Shown piece by piece: positions 63,269 to 64,000 of a DNA stretch of 64,000 nt. Numbering within the stretch: position 1 is the first letter of the stretch; each line of letters begins with the position of its first letter. The stretch comes from Candidatus Nanoarchaeia archaeon (GTDB taxonomy: Archaea; Nanobdellota; Nanobdellia; WJKC01), in the NCBI GenBank assembly GCA_041653515.1, contig JBAZFG010000006.1, positions 484 through 64,483 on the forward strand, written 5' to 3'. Below the pieces are notes generated by a model that ran no database searches, had not been told where the DNA came from, and saw only the letters and a list, made by a program, of their open reading frames with translations. The translations under genes were made by a program, and so were the position numbers.

Positions 63269-64000
63269 TTAATCCTCAAGCCCTTTCTCAGTAACCCTGA
63301 AAATGCACTCACCATCAGGCAGGCAAGGACTGTCAATCAATCGGGCAATACGCTTTTCCCCTCTTGACTTCCTTAAGTAAACCCTGTACGTACAACCATG
63401 GCCAATAACGTGACCGCCAACTGAAGTGGTTGGGTCACCGAAGAACACGTCAGGCCGAGACATAACTTGATTAGTCACAAACACAGCAATATTATAACGA
63501 TCACTAAGTCTTTGAAGGAAATGCAAGTGCTTGTTAAGCTTTTGCTGACGGTCAGCTAAAGTACCCCTGCCAACATACTCACTTCTAAATAAACTAGTTA
63601 ATGAATCAACAACAATTAATTTAATAGGCCTCTTATCCTGTTCTATTAATTCAGGAATCTTTTCAGCTAATAATATCTGGTGGTCAGTGCTAAAAGCACG
63701 AGCAACATGAATATGACCTAATACTGCTTCAGGGTCAAGCCCTTTATGCTTAGCTAATTCACCAACCCTGCTCGCACGAAAAGTATTCTCAGTATCAATC
63801 CAAACGCAGTCACCATTAAGACCCCCTTGCTCAATTGGCAGTTGAACGTTAATAGCTAATTGAAGACCTGCCTGAGTCTTACCACTACCAAAAGCGCCGA
63901 AGAACTCAGTGATTGATTGACTCTCAATCCCACCACCAAGCAAATTATTTAATTCCTTAGAACTAGTGGTTAAATGATTCATTAACTTGGCTTTTTCAAG
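63269..64000 (-). CDS. radA: RadA recombinase (5' end outside window)
   Basis: Walker [58 protein letters not shown]. The frame stays open upstream of the first Met to position 64000 (LEKAKL-M...), so the N-terminal domain is probably cut off. Confidence 0.85.
   Translation of the reverse strand, partial: LEKAKLMNHLTTSSKELNNLLGGGIESQSITEFFGAFGSGKTQAGLQLAINVQLPIEQGGLNGDCVWIDTENTFRASRVGELAKHKGLDPEAVLGHIHVARAFSTDHQILLAEKIPELIEQDKRPIKLIVVDSLTSLFRSEYVGRGTLADRQQKLNKHLHFLQRLSDRYNIAVFVTNQVMSRPDVFFGDPTTSVGGHVIGHGCTYRVYLRKSRGEKRIARLIDSPCLPDGECIFRVTEKGLED

Noticed and set aside
63269-63982. RadB call based on the 237-aa track ORF
   Set aside because: The reading frame remains open upstream of the first Met to the window edge, and the C-terminal region is strongly RadA-like. 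It was therefore annotated as a 5'-truncated radA.

Overview
This is an AT-rich, very gene-dense archaeal chromosome segment with about 78 protein genes and 4 tRNAs. I found no rRNA, CRISPR array, transposase or integrase. Archaeal origin is supported by a thermosome, TFB, NAC, the Sm-L37e pair, S8e, L35Ae, RadA, Trm1, XPD, RtcB plus archease and an intron-containing tRNA. TATA-like boxes also sit about 26-30 nt upstream of many start codons, which implies largely leaderless transcripts. Short genes, frequent 1-11 nt start/stop overlaps, convergent 3' overlaps and patchy metabolism suggest a small-genome, DPANN-like lineage; that is inference only.

Core content:
- Protein export and folding: SecF/SecD, NAC, thermosome.
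- DNA repair and recombination: XPD, RadA.
- Translation and RNA: Trm1, TFB, ribosomal proteins, CysRS, ProRS, RtcB, archease, ThiI.
- Metabolism: cysteine synthase, enolase, TrxR, IMPDH, GDH, an FdhA-like Mo-oxidoreductase, 2-oxoacid:ferredoxin oxidoreductase.
- A DUF5320-DUF134-NifX-like-MinD/4Fe4S operon preceded by a perfect palindromic operator.

The most unusual region is a roughly 10 kb minus-strand island (15191-25250) wedged between core genes, with very low GC in parts. It has two parts:
- A translationally coupled operon: a MoxR-type AAA+ ATPase, then an HExxH plus vWA(MIDAS) protein, then an LRR protein.
- Five orphan genes upstream of it, including a coiled-coil protein with a C39-like cysteine peptidase domain.
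I rank this island as the best candidate for an undescribed NTP-driven sensor/effector (conflict or host-interaction) system.

Other candidates:
- A GC-richer three-gene coupled cluster (11436-15166): an unknown protein, an EndoIV/xylose-isomerase-like TIM barrel with a large insertion, and an NTase-HEPN fusion.
- A divergent RtcB-like paralog next to a HIT hydrolase.
- A tRNA-Lys with an 83-nt intron.
- A perfect 67-bp duplication of the tRNA-Cys 5' end plus its promoter.
- Several coding tandem repeats.

All functional calls come from motif recognition by eye. No searches were run.
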